From an uncultured virus (IMG/VR IMGVR_UViG_3300011334_000440) (Duplodnaviria; Heunggongvirae; Uroviricota; Caudoviricetes): DNA of 64,000 bases. Every line of letters starts with the position of its first letter. Positions within the stretch are counted from its first letter, which is position 1. Positions 1 through 9,102 of the stretch are shown piece by piece. The translations under genes were made by a program, and so were the position numbers. The notes under the pieces were generated by a model. The model did no database searches. It was not told the origin of the DNA and saw nothing but the letters and a program-made list of their open reading frames with translations. The stretch is from IMG/VR virus record IMGVR_UViG_3300011334_000440, one strand, 5' to 3'.

Positions 1-389
1 TTAAGACTTTGAAAATAAATCCCAAAGGCATCGGCTCGATCTGGCTTCTTTCCGCGACCTCTGTCCCATGTAGGACTTTTAACGAAATCTGGGCTCCAAG
101 CAGATCTCGGGAACGGGTTCTCTTTCTTGCCGAACGTTTCATCACCTATGTATACCACCCAAGCTGCGCACCAAGGAGCCCTTGTTCCTTCTAGCCCTAC
201 TGAGGCTAGGATCTTGTCCACCAAGGGCCCGGAGTTTCTGCCGACTTCTCGCCATCCAATGGTTCCCCGAGCCACTTCAATAAGTCGCGATAATCTTTCT
301 CCTCGCGTCGGTACGACTCCTTCAGCAATTGCTTCTCGGGTACCCAGCAAAGATATAAACGCCAGAACCAACGCATAGATTATCCGCAT
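1..389 (-). CDS. CHAP-domain endolysin with N-terminal signal/anchor sequence (3' truncated by window edge; absent from ORF track)
   Basis: Manual translation from ATG at 389: MRIIYALVLAFISLLGTREAIAEG...IEVARGTIGWREVGRNSGPLVDKILASVG...APWCAAWVVY...; PWCAAW is the CHAP catalytic Cys motif; frame stays open to position 1; start overlaps stop of the upstream holin-like gene. Confidence 0.8.
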   Translation of the reverse strand, partial: MRIIYALVLAFISLLGTREAIAEGVVPTRGERLSRLIEVARGTIGWREVGRNSGPLVDKILASVGLEGTRAPWCAAWVVYIGDETFGKKENPFPRSAWSPDFVKSPTWDRGRGKKPDRADAFGIYFQSL

Positions 390-721
390 AACAAGGCGAA
401 AGCCAGAACAAGGCCAATAAATACGGTGACCAGTATGGTCGCCCGTACTTGCCCGGTTAACTCTCTCCAGTCATCCTCCAAAGCGTTGTTGTCCATGTAT
501 CGATCCAGAAACTTAAACTCAACATTGATTATTAGCCAGGCTAATGTCACTGCAAAGAGTAGCTTAACACCCGCAAACAGCACGACATGAAGAGCGCCAA
601 GGTCTACCACACCCGCTCCGGGGTCAATGGCATGAAGGATCGGGCCAAGTCCTAAGAATAGGGCAATGCCACATGATAAAGCGCCCAGCCCTTGGACGTT
701 ATCCTTTAGCCACTTTTTCAC
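380..721 (-). CDS. Holin-like membrane protein (3 hydrophobic segments)
   Basis: 113 aa, three predicted TM helices, lies between spanin-like gene and endolysin. Confidence 0.6.
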   Translation of the reverse strand: MKKWLKDNVQGLGALSCGIALFLGLGPILHAIDPGAGVVDLGALHVVLFAGVKLLFAVTLAWLIINVEFKFLDRYMDNNALEDDWRELTGQVRATILVTVFIGLVLAFALLCG

Positions 722-1108
722 TTAAAACAGTTTAAGAAAGGGGAAGAAATTACGCAAGGCCAAAAATGCGGGTAGTAGAAGCATCCCGCCGATGCCAATC
801 AAACGCCACTTCCAAAGCATACCAACCGCTTTGCTGTACTTGGCCTCAAGATATTCAAGTCTCTCGGCCATCTCCGAACGTTCTTTGAAGTTCTTATCGA
901 CCTGAGATTGAAGCTTTAGGATCTGATCTTTAGTATTGTCGAGTTCATCCGCCACGGGCTTACAGGCAGGGATTGAACGAGCTATGGCTTGAGCTTTTAA
1001 GACTGAATCAGTTGTGGCCTGAAGGGTCAACGAACCGGAGGAAGTCGTTCGTGTTGTAGAGGCGCAAGATGCAAGGGCGAGGCAGAGGATGATTAGAGGA
1101 ATGTTCAT
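722..1108 (-). CDS. Candidate unimolecular spanin (lipoprotein with C-terminal TM helix)
   Basis: Likely start ATG 1108 overlapping the upstream TGA; MNIPLIILCLALASC lipobox, central coiled coil, C-terminal hydrophobic helix; lysis context. Confidence 0.6.
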   Translation of the reverse strand: MNIPLIILCLALASCASTTRTTSSGSLTLQATTDSVLKAQAIARSIPACKPVADELDNTKDQILKLQSQVDKNFKERSEMAERLEYLEAKYSKAVGMLWKWRLIGIGGMLLLPAFLALRNFFPFLKLF

Positions 1109-2160
1109 CAAGCGGTGGTGATGGTGACTGTTGGGCCAGTTCCAAGTGTATAAGTCCATCCAGTTGGAGGAATAATAAGGGGATTTGTGCTAGGATTTGT
1201 TGCTTCTATAACCAAGCCTCCTTCTTCCCCAGAAGAATACTGAACCAATGCCCAAGTTTCTTCTACATCATAATTAAAGGTCAACCTTTGAAGAGATATG
1301 CCTTCGGTTGGATTATAAACGGCATAAAATGTGTATGCAGGATAATCACTCCTAGCATAGTTAATTGAAGAGGTGTCTCCAAATGTAACGATTACATTTG
1401 TGGTGGTAGCAACAACAATTGCGGGGGCAATGGCATATTTATCCATCAGATACGCCTCAACTTTCTGGCGTTCTGGGGTTGTAACCGCCCTATTGTAAAC
1501 AATGATTTCAGCTATTTTTCCATTTAGCCAATAGCTACTTGCCTGTTCACTATTTACATCGCTACTATCTCCTCCAATAAACATTTTTGTGCCATCATTG
1601 GCGAAATCATTATAGAAAGTTGTGTCTCCAACTTGTGAGCCGTTTTGATATAATGTAAAATTATAGTTGTTATTTGTTGCTGATGCTATATTTTTAGTAT
1701 TATCTAAAACAAATCCAGCTAACATAATTCCATCCGTATTGGAATTTGATATGTTAAATTGATTGTCAGTTATAGCAAGAATATAATTTCCCGCACCGCC
1801 TTGGGTTAAAAAAGTTCCTCCTGCTCCATCTGAAACACGAAAGGCAACGAATATAGAATTATTGGAATTTATATTAAAATTAATTGAGGGGATTACAAAT
1901 GAGTTTCCGACCCCATCAAATAAAATAGATGGTTTATTATTAAATTGAGCATCGGTGCTAACAAATGTTGGGCGATAAGACCCTGCTGCTGTTGCATTAT
2001 TTCCATTCCCACTCTGATCTGCCCAAGATGTTACATTTGCACCAGAAAGAGTAACGCCGGCATCAGCCTTGAGCCATAGCGATAGGCCAGAGGAAGGGAT
2101 CAGGGGAGCTGAAGCAACCCTAGTCTGCGGTAACGATAAGCCTAAGCCGAGTTTCGGCAT
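1108..2160 (-). CDS. LamG/concanavalin A-like domain virion protein (possible receptor binding/decoration)
   Basis: LWLKADAG...W.DQSGNGN.A and 'IGG...LNGKIAEIIVYNRA...ERQKVEAYL..KY' LamG-like signatures; AT-rich core. Confidence 0.7.
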   Translation of the reverse strand: MPKLGLGLSLPQTRVASAPLIPSSGLSLWLKADAGVTLSGANVTSWADQSGNGNNATAAGSYRPTFVSTDAQFNNKPSILFDGVGNSFVIPSINFNINSNNSIFVAFRVSDGAGGTFLTQGGAGNYILAITDNQFNISNSNTDGIMLAGFVLDNTKNIASATNNNYNFTLYQNGSQVGDTTFYNDFANDGTKMFIGGDSSDVNSEQASSYWLNGKIAEIIVYNRAVTTPERQKVEAYLMDKYAIAPAIVVATTTNVIVTFGDTSSINYARSDYPAYTFYAVYNPTEGISLQRLTFNYDVEETWALVQYSSGEEGGLVIEATNPSTNPLIIPPTGWTYTLGTGPTVTITTA

Positions 2161-2166
2161 GGCAGT

Positions 2167-2478
2167 TTATGCCTTGTAGCAGATTACAAACTGACTGCCG
2201 CCTATTTCAATATAAGTAAAAGGACCGTAAAGAATCGTTCCGGCTGGCACAGAGATTGCATTGTCAACTAATGGGAAAAATGGGGAAGCAGCGCCAGCAC
2301 CTTCAACTGTTTCCAAACCGTTAAAAACAGTATCTGTTATACATTGAATCGCCGCAAAATTTCCCGAAGCACTTTCGCCGCCAATAACACAAACACAACC
2401 ACGCTGGCCAAGAGCCACAAGCGCGGCATCGGTTTCTTGGGTTACAGACGGAGCGAGATTTTCATCAAAGAATGACAT
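2167..2478 (-). CDS. Hypothetical protein (possibly structural, beta-rich)
   Basis: 103-aa ORF with GGAG SD and its own promoter candidate. Confidence 0.6.
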   Translation of the reverse strand: MSFFDENLAPSVTQETDAALVALGQRGCVCVIGGESASGNFAAIQCITDTVFNGLETVEGAGAASPFFPLVDNAISVPAGTILYGPFTYIEIGGSQFVICYKA

Positions 2479-2489
2479 ATAGTTCTCCT

Positions 2490-2517
2490 ATTGTGTGGTC
2501 TTATTTTTGTTTGTCAA
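2490..2517 (-). promoter_or_regulatory. sigma70-type promoter candidate TTGACA-N16-CACAAT
   Basis: Read on minus strand; 11 nt upstream of ATG 2478. Confidence 0.5.
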
Positions 2518-2729
2518 CTGTTCTTACCGAAAATCTTCGACCAAAAGAATTCAGCAAACGTGGAAATCATAAGAGTCATGACTGCTACGACTCCATACCC
2601 CATATGAATATGTTTCTCAACCTTACCGATTCGCTGATCGTGTTTATCTCGGTCGTCGAGCAATGAATCAAGCTTCTCGTCCATGCGAGCGGTGCGCTCA
2701 AGGAGGGTAACTAGATGGTCATTTTCCAT
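2514..2729 (-). CDS. Small coiled-coil + TM protein (XhlA/holin-like)
   Basis: N-terminal coiled coil 'LERTARMDEKLD...RIGKVE' followed by a single TM helix. Confidence 0.55.
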   Translation of the reverse strand: MENDHLVTLLERTARMDEKLDSLLDDRDKHDQRIGKVEKHIHMGYGVVAVMTLMISTFAEFFWSKIFGKNS

Positions 2730-2982
2730 GACTAAAAATCCTATCTAGGGTTGGGTATAGCCGTGATTTCATCTTATTGGCAGTATAGCTCTGGACACCA
2801 AGCAAAGGCAAGAATAGCTCGAAACACATCTCAAACGATTCCCGCTCAAAACAGGCTTTTGGCCTGGCAGGCTTCTTGCCGGCGTCAAGATCCTGAAGAT
2901 CGTTCCAGGCTTGCTTGACAACCGCCAAGATGAGCTTGTCCACGGCTTTACGCCATTTCGTTCGACGACATTCCTTTTTCAA
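2719..2982 (-). CDS. Hypothetical protein (true start probably GTG near 2944)
   Basis: ORF fills the gap between neighbouring minus-strand genes. Confidence 0.45.
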   Translation of the reverse strand: MKKECRRTKWRKAVDKLILAVVKQAWNDLQDLDAGKKPARPKACFERESFEMCFELFLPLLGVQSYTANKMKSRLYPTLDRIFSHGK

Positions 2983-3196
2983 CGGCTTGAACCATGCTCA
3001 TGTCTTCTTCTGGCATTTCGGTTTCAGTTTCAACTTCGACTTCTTCACCGGGGGAAACTGCTACACCTTCAACTGCCGAGAGATACATGGTCGGTCCTTT
3101 AAAATAGCCGCTGGCCATGAAGTCGAATGCATCGCCTTCAGCAACACCTTCCGGAGGTGTAAAGCCTTTTGGTACGGGAAACGATATGTTTTTCAT
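2948..3196 (-). CDS. Hypothetical acidic protein
   Basis: 82-aa ORF in the late operon. Confidence 0.6.
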   Translation of the reverse strand: MKNISFPVPKGFTPPEGVAEGDAFDFMASGYFKGPTMYLSAVEGVAVSPGEEVEVETETEMPEEDMSMVQAVEKGMSSNEMA

Positions 3197-3225
3197 ATTA
3201 GATGTCTTTCTTTAGAAAATAGTGT

Positions 3226-3258
3226 GATCCCCCCAAGGGATAGAACCTTGAGGGGACC
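3226..3258 (-). terminator. GC-rich hairpin after capsid/decoration genes (terminator or stabilising stem)
   Basis: TCCCCTCAAGG...CCTTGGGGGGA inverted repeat; T-tract offset by several nt. Confidence 0.45.
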
Positions 3259-3268
3259 AATTAGTTAT

Positions 3269-3574
3269 TTAGCTAGCTGCGTTCAGATTACGTAGCAACG
3301 TGATGACGGTATTCAACTTGCCGACAATCGTCGCAATGTCATTAGCAGAATAAGCACTGTTAGTGACTGTTGACGTGACGCTAGGTGTACCGGCGTTGGT
3401 GAGCACAATCGGACTGATAGTCGAGACTGTGTCGCCAGACGCTCCTCCAGCGGAGGAACCAATCGTCGCCAGGGTACTGCCTGATGTGCCCCATTCGGGT
3501 CCGTTATTAACGGCACCACGAATTTGAGCTGCCAGGACGTTATCCTGAGTACGCGTTTGAAGGGGGGAACTCAT
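3269..3574 (-). CDS. Putative head decoration/fibre protein
   Basis: Directly downstream of capsid gene, strong AGAAAGGAG SD, S/T/G/A-rich, C-terminal 'IATIVGKLNTVITLLR' helix. Confidence 0.55.
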   Translation of the reverse strand: MSSPLQTRTQDNVLAAQIRGAVNNGPEWGTSGSTLATIGSSAGGASGDTVSTISPIVLTNAGTPSVTSTVTNSAYSANDIATIVGKLNTVITLLRNLNAAS

Positions 3575-3594
3575 GAGAGATCTCCTTTCTTCAA

Positions 3595-5010
3595 TTAGCT
3601 AACGTAGTCAAGGCTGATGGCAGGCCGTGTGTGCAGGATGACGTAGCCATACTGTGGGAACACGGGCCGAGCACCACTGGCCATCACCCCGCGGAAGTAT
3701 CCGACATTGCCGTCCGGATTAAACGCCCGATCAAGGATGTTGACCCACTTGAACTCACCGCGGTAATTCTGGGAGTTGAAGCCCATCTTGTTACCAACGG
3801 AGATCGGGCTAGGAACCACGGAGCGCATAACATCTTGATGGAAGATGTAGCTAACTTCGTAGGAAGCCGTCTCGTAAGCGGGGTTAATATTGTAAGCAGA
3901 ACCACGGGTGGTCGTTTCCTTGCGGAAGGGGAACACACGGATGAGCTTGTCATTGGTCGTATCGAACACGTTGAAGCGTGGGGGATACGCATCGATTGAG
4001 TGGTAGAAACCACCGTAAGAACGCTCGATGCCGAGAGGCGTGAGCAATTCATTCGGTTTGGCATACCGGAAGTCCTGTCGAATGTCGGCATTCAACCGGA
4101 TCAGGTTTTCGCTGGTTTCGGCACCGCAGATGAGCATGAACACAGGGGCTCCGTTTTCACGGCCCATGGCTTGCGTACCCGCGCCGTCGCGGATCAGCTT
4201 CATGTACAACCGTTTTAGGATACCTTGCGTCAGCTGGCTCTGAGGAAGAGCGGTAGCGGCGAACGCACCCGAGTTACAAGTTCCGGTACCAGTGGTAACG
4301 GCATTGTAAACACCAACCAAGTCAGTCACGCTGATGCTGAAAGCATTCGAGCCAACTGAATTGACGGGGAGAATACCAATGGTGGAAGCGCTGGGGATAA
4401 CGAGGTTACCTTCAGCTGCAACCTGCTCGGTGAAGAGCTGGCGATAGCGATCCTGCCAAACCAAGGAGGTCGACTCAGCGAGGACATCCATGATGTTGGA
4501 GAGCTGTTCTTTACGTTTAACGGCAAAGCGCAGATCTTCCAGGGCGATATCAGGGGAATCAACCGACGCCCACTTCAGGCTGTACTGACGGAGCTTTTGG
4601 CCCCAAGTAACGCCAGTGAGGGGAATCGGGAGTGCGTTTCCAGCCGTCGACGAGGGTGAGCTCGAGGACACGGGAGGAGTTGTTCCACCAGACAAAGTCT
4701 GAGTGTAAGCATTGAATCCGGTGTAGGTCTGGTCAATTGGATTCGATCCGAGATTGCGCCATCCGTATCCCGCGTCTCCGGTAATATCACCAGCGGTATA
4801 ACCGTTGGCGGTAGAAGCAGCGATGCTGCTGGAGGGGTAGAAACGTTCGAAGGTGACCGAACTGATCACATCGCCCATCTCCTCGGGGAATTGTTCCTGT
4901 TTAGTGAGTTTGAGCCAGGCAGAAGTGTCAACGGTCCGGCGATAAATCTCCGGTCCGATACGCCCAGCTTCTTTAACGAGCAACTGCTCGATAGAGTAAG
5001 TAGTAGCCAT
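3595..5010 (-). CDS. Major capsid protein
   Basis: 471 aa, follows portal and scaffold, strong SD, dedicated promoter and long leader; assignment mainly by synteny. Confidence 0.8.
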   Translation of the reverse strand: MATTYSIEQLLVKEAGRIGPEIYRRTVDTSAWLKLTKQEQFPEEMGDVISSVTFERFYPSSSIAASTANGYTAGDITGDAGYGWRNLGSNPIDQTYTGFNAYTQTLSGGTTPPVSSSSPSSTAGNALPIPLTGVTWGQKLRQYSLKWASVDSPDIALEDLRFAVKRKEQLSNIMDVLAESTSLVWQDRYRQLFTEQVAAEGNLVIPSASTIGILPVNSVGSNAFSISVTDLVGVYNAVTTGTGTCNSGAFAATALPQSQLTQGILKRLYMKLIRDGAGTQAMGRENGAPVFMLICGAETSENLIRLNADIRQDFRYAKPNELLTPLGIERSYGGFYHSIDAYPPRFNVFDTTNDKLIRVFPFRKETTTRGSAYNINPAYETASYEVSYIFHQDVMRSVVPSPISVGNKMGFNSQNYRGEFKWVNILDRAFNPDGNVGYFRGVMASGARPVFPQYGYVILHTRPAISLDYVS

Positions 5011-5029
5011 AGTAGTTATTTCCTTTCGA

Positions 5030-5233
5030 CCTTTCCCCCTGCTCGCGCAAAGGGTAGGTTATGATTTATAATGATTCTGCCAGTCCCTATCGGGGCTATC
5101 CAGTTTCACTATATCTTCAAAACTTTTCCCTGGCGGCATCCCAGAGCTTTTAATGCCCGATTTCTGCTAGACCATCTCAATCTTTATAGGTCTTGTTCAG
5201 TAAGGATCTCAATCTTTATACCTGCACTGAACT
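5030..5233 (-). ncRNA. Structured 5' leader of capsid mRNA with twin identical-loop hairpins
   Basis: Stems GTTCAGT.CAGG/CCT.ACTGAAC and AGACC/GGTCT both close the loop TATAAAGATTGAGAT; further stems ATCGGGC/GCCCCGAT and CTGG/CCAG. Confidence 0.6.
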
Positions 5234-5238
5234 AGTTA

Positions 5239-5266
5239 AAAGTATCAACCGGATGGAACGTGTCAA
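5239..5266 (-). promoter_or_regulatory. sigma70-type promoter for the capsid gene, TTGACA-N16-TACTTT with extended TG
   Basis: Perfect -35 and TGnTAnnnT; predicted start coincides with first hairpin. Confidence 0.65.
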
Positions 5267-5281
5267 TAGCTTTTAACAAAT

Positions 5282-6481
5282 TTATTTCATTCCTCGTTCG
5301 AGGGCGTCGACAAAGCTAACGTCAGCCGGGACTTCTACCCCGCCACCTTTCGCTCCACCAGATGAAGGAATCGTAGATCGAAGCTCTTTAGTGAGCTTCT
5401 CCAGCTCAGAAATGCGAGTCTGGGTCTTGGCCACATAATCTTGGAATACGTTCATAACCACAGGCATAGCTGCCGCATTAAAGGTCAATTTGGCTTTAGC
5501 CCGGGGGTCAAGCTCAGTGTTCTCAATCTGCATGGCCTGCTGTTGAATGCTATTTAAAGTGCTATTCCAAGCTTCATTTCCCTCGATAGGGCGTAAGAGA
5601 GCATTTTCTTTTTGCAGGTTTTGCCACTCGGAATCATAAGCAGTTTTAACTTCTGATTCCATTCTTTGCTGGAAAGCCGTCGCTTCTTTCTGCTCTTCGG
5701 CTTGGATCATCTGCAACACAGTATTAACATCTTTAGTTAGAACTTCTCGTCTTTCAAAGACCTTTTGAAGTTCCTCTGCCTTGCTTCGAATGGCCAAGGA
5801 ATCTACTGGATCGAATGCGCTTGTAGCTTCTTTTAGCAGGGCACGGCGTTTGGCTGGGTCTGGCTCAACCATTGCGGCGTAGATATTCCGAGGATCGACT
5901 CCCTCGTAAAGCTTGCTGATATCAGAAACTTCTTTCTGAATGCCGTTCAGGGGCTCAGTAACTGCCTGCTTGTATTCTTTAGTGGACTCCAACCTGGAGA
6001 ACTTCAGCTCATTCTCATACTCATCTCGCTCCTGTTTGAGAGTGTTTAGCTGATTCTGCAAATCAATCTGCTCCACCGAATTAGTCGGGGCATCAGAAAC
6101 TTTTCCTTCCATTTCTTTTAACTTTGTACGAGCTTCGCGCAAATCTTTAGTCAGGCGGGCCCAAGCTGTCTGAGCTTCGGGCTTGAGATTTTCTGGAGCT
6201 TTAATATCCAAGTCATCGGAAACAGCTTCAGTCTTTGTGACTTCTTCCTGTCCAGTCATCCGCCGGGTCAGAATATCCAAAGGATTGGTTGTGGAGGAAG
6301 CGTCGGTCTTGGCCACCTCAACGGGTTTCGTGATCTCAGCTGGGGCTGTTACAGCGGTTGCAACAGGAGCCTCTGCTACGGGAGCTTTATTTAGAGCTTC
6401 AAATCCGGCATCAAATGCATCGGCAAAACTAACATTTTCCGATCCTGTTGCTGTGGGTTCTGCGATCGCTGTTTCACTCAT
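5282..6481 (-). CDS. Capsid scaffolding protein
   Basis: Acidic, Ala/Pro-rich N-terminus and long coiled coils; between portal and capsid genes. Confidence 0.7.
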   Translation of the reverse strand: MSETAIAEPTATGSENVSFADAFDAGFEALNKAPVAEAPVATAVTAPAEITKPVEVAKTDASSTTNPLDILTRRMTGQEEVTKTEAVSDDLDIKAPENLKPEAQTAWARLTKDLREARTKLKEMEGKVSDAPTNSVEQIDLQNQLNTLKQERDEYENELKFSRLESTKEYKQAVTEPLNGIQKEVSDISKLYEGVDPRNIYAAMVEPDPAKRRALLKEATSAFDPVDSLAIRSKAEELQKVFERREVLTKDVNTVLQMIQAEEQKEATAFQQRMESEVKTAYDSEWQNLQKENALLRPIEGNEAWNSTLNSIQQQAMQIENTELDPRAKAKLTFNAAAMPVVMNVFQDYVAKTQTRISELEKLTKELRSTIPSSGGAKGGGVEVPADVSFVDALERGMK

Positions 6482-6496
6482 AGTTTATTTTCCTTA

Positions 6497-6787
6497 TTAC
6501 TGATTTGTTTCTTCTATTTTGGTTTCCCAAGGTTCTGGCAAGTTTGAAGGCTCGCCTGGTTCTTCTGACAGTGTGGACAGTACGCGTATTACCTCAAAAT
6601 AACCCTCTCTTCGGGCATTTAGAGTTGCGTTCCAGTCAATAAAATCAACATTCGGGGGAGGAAGGGTTGCGGATGGGATGCCTAAATTTAATAGGACTTG
6701 TATCAAAGATTCGCCGGCTTCTGATTTACGGAAAGCTTTCCAGGCGTTCTTAAGATCGGTTCGTTTATTCCAATCGGTTAACGTCAT
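6497..6787 (-). CDS. Small protein downstream of portal (Bbp19-like position)
   Basis: 'F..SEAG..L...L...ARREG...V' pattern and synteny seen in podovirus head modules. Confidence 0.55.
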   Translation of the reverse strand: MTLTDWNKRTDLKNAWKAFRKSEAGESLIQVLLNLGIPSATLPPPNVDFIDWNATLNARREGYFEVIRVLSTLSEEPGEPSNLPEPWETKIEETNQ

Positions 6788-9054
6788 GCTTTTGGTGCGT
6801 TGGGTGTACTCATCGCGGAACGAAGATTAGCTGCGGCTTGCGCATCTTGTAAAGCTAATTTTTGTTTTAATTCCGCTTCTTTGAAGCGCGCATCAAGCTG
6901 TGCTCTCTCCTGCTTAAGTTGCATGTCTAGTTGATGCTCCTGCATTTTCATCTGCATCTGAGGTGAGATGCCCTGCACTTGACCCTGCTCTAAAGCGACT
7001 TGCTGTTGTTGTTCGTTGGCGACCCGGATATCCTGCTCGACATCCCTCTGTAAATTCACAACGGCTTCACGTAAAAGATTCATCGCGAGTTTAGCCTGGC
7101 CAATTTCCTGTTGCTTTGTTTTATCGTCAACAATTCTGACGAGGTGTTCATTTGAGTGCTCGTATACCATAGTCAGGAACATCATGGTCGCCTGCTTGTC
7201 CTGAATCTGATTATTCTGGACGGCCTGAACAATGGGTTGAGTTTCTTTCAAATGCACAGCCAAATGAATGCCGTGGTTTTCGTTCGGCATTACTGTTACT
7301 TGTCTACCGGCTTGCATCGAACCATTCTCAAGTTCTGCAATTTTGGCATCGGCCGGAATACGATTTTTAACATTCGGATTGGGTAGATAGCGGTCAACCT
7401 GATCGTAGCCAACACGGGCGGCCACGCGGTCCCGAATTGCATTGATCTGACCAAGCTCATCAAATCTGGGTAGCATCTGCATGAACTCGTTAAAAGCGGA
7501 CAAGCGGGCTGCGGGAGATCCAAGTCCAACCGCTTTTACAGCGTCAACATCATAAACAGCTTTAACTGCTTCCCACGGAACGCCACGTTCCTCGAGCCTG
7601 CTACGGAATTTTTTGGCTTCGTCAGATCCTTCCTCACCGGGAACCCATGTATCGCGTTGAAGCCTCCGGAACTGCTCGCGAAGCAAGCGTCCCCAAGGGA
7701 CATAAAACAAATTCATGGAATTCGTGGTAAGGATTGCTTCGTTGGCAACCTGAGCTTCTACTTCGGTTGCCGTCCGGGGATTGCCAGTGGGGGCGTTCAT
7801 TTGAGTTCTGTAAGAGCCAGTATTGCTCTGACGAACCATTGCCATTTCGTTTACAATGGGTTGAACATTCGCCGCAAGATTCGGGTACTGTGTCTGAACA
7901 ACATTTAATCCTGGGGGCAAGAAAGAGAGGGGCCCGGAGTAAGCCATGGTCATCTTAGATACGTCTTCAGCGCTCTGCGGTTGTAAGAGAACTGAAGTCT
8001 GCAACATGGCTCCGTCAGCCATGGCGCAACGCAAACGATTAGTCATCTGAATGTGCGGGAAAATCTTATAGCCTAAACCCCGAATTGAATGATAAAGACC
8101 ATTGCCAACGCCATAAGTAAAGATATGGAAAGCTTCTGAAGCGGACTTAAATCTATGAAGTTTTTTAAACAAGAAGTCGCCGGAACCGTCACGAAGTCCA
8201 ATCGCGTGAGAGTAAGACCCATCGAACTCTCTTACGTAATAGTGAACAACGTGAACTTCTTTTGCCCGAACGTGAGCGAAATAAAGGTCGTTCGACTTTA
8301 ACTGTCTTTGTAGTTCTTCCCAGTTAAGGCCGTCGGTAGGAAAGGTTGTGGTGGCATTGCGAATTGCGTTTCTCACTGCGTCCACATTCCAACCAGCTTG
8401 TTCTGCAATCTTTGGATTCTCGATATACTGGTAAAGTTCGTGAACCAAATAGATTCTTCGAATAGCGGCGAACTCTACTTTGTCTTCCGTAGCGGGAGTT
8501 CCGCGAGGGATGAAGAAGTCTCCGATTGGACAAACGGTCCACTGCCAGTTGCGCTCATCTTCAAAGTAAGCAATACCCAAGCCTTGGGATACAAAGTAAT
8601 AGGAAAGCAACTGCTGTTTAAAATAAAAGCTGGGCCAATCCTTTGTCACAAGACGTGTGAACTCTTCTGCAATTATAGACGCATACTCTTCACGCTGGCT
8701 TTCATCGCCAAATCTGGTTCTAATATTAACAAGTCGGTCAACGGAAGTGACCAAATCGTTGTATGATGTGAGGGCTTTTTCCAGATCTGCCCCGGCTTCA
8801 CCGAAGTTCAGATTGGCTCTATAACTTTGACCGAGTCTACGGAGAACAATTGGATCATAAGGAGCGGCTCCGTCAAACATGTCCATGATGCGGGCGCGAT
8901 CACGGGCTCCCTGTTCGTCCGCCAAGTATAACTGTTGATATATGGAGAAAAGTCCGCTCTGGTCGGTAATTCTAGTTTTTGGTGCTTTTCCGTTTTCGGA
9001 TAGCGTTTTTAGGTCATCGTCAGGAACGGAATTCGTGTTGTATTTGGGTTCCAC
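6784..9054 (-). CDS. Portal protein (start probably GTG 9054)
   Basis: About 756 aa, follows TerL, 'RTATEV' motif and Gln-rich C-terminal coiled coil like P22-type portal barrels. Confidence 0.85.
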   Translation of the reverse strand: MEPKYNTNSVPDDDLKTLSENGKAPKTRITDQSGLFSIYQQLYLADEQGARDRARIMDMFDGAAPYDPIVLRRLGQSYRANLNFGEAGADLEKALTSYNDLVTSVDRLVNIRTRFGDESQREEYASIIAEEFTRLVTKDWPSFYFKQQLLSYYFVSQGLGIAYFEDERNWQWTVCPIGDFFIPRGTPATEDKVEFAAIRRIYLVHELYQYIENPKIAEQAGWNVDAVRNAIRNATTTFPTDGLNWEELQRQLKSNDLYFAHVRAKEVHVVHYYVREFDGSYSHAIGLRDGSGDFLFKKLHRFKSASEAFHIFTYGVGNGLYHSIRGLGYKIFPHIQMTNRLRCAMADGAMLQTSVLLQPQSAEDVSKMTMAYSGPLSFLPPGLNVVQTQYPNLAANVQPIVNEMAMVRQSNTGSYRTQMNAPTGNPRTATEVEAQVANEAILTTNSMNLFYVPWGRLLREQFRRLQRDTWVPGEEGSDEAKKFRSRLEERGVPWEAVKAVYDVDAVKAVGLGSPAARLSAFNEFMQMLPRFDELGQINAIRDRVAARVGYDQVDRYLPNPNVKNRIPADAKIAELENGSMQAGRQVTVMPNENHGIHLAVHLKETQPIVQAVQNNQIQDKQATMMFLTMVYEHSNEHLVRIVDDKTKQQEIGQAKLAMNLLREAVVNLQRDVEQDIRVANEQQQQVALEQGQVQGISPQMQMKMQEHQLDMQLKQERAQLDARFKEAELKQKLALQDAQAAANLRSAMSTPNAPKA

Positions 9055-9064
9055 AAGTCCGACT

Positions 9065-9093
9065 AGTATGGGGGAAGCCAATATTCCTGTCAA
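9065..9093 (-). promoter_or_regulatory. sigma70-type promoter TTGACA-N17-CATACT upstream of portal
   Basis: Read directly; 10 nt before GTG 9054. Confidence 0.55.
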
Positions 9094-9102
9094 TCATCCT
9101 TT

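Noticed and set aside
5169..5232. 15-bp direct repeat as a mini-CRISPR array
   Set aside because: Only two copies 17 nt apart; flanks pair as stems; no cas operon (the Cas4-like gene is a normal phage replication nuclease)
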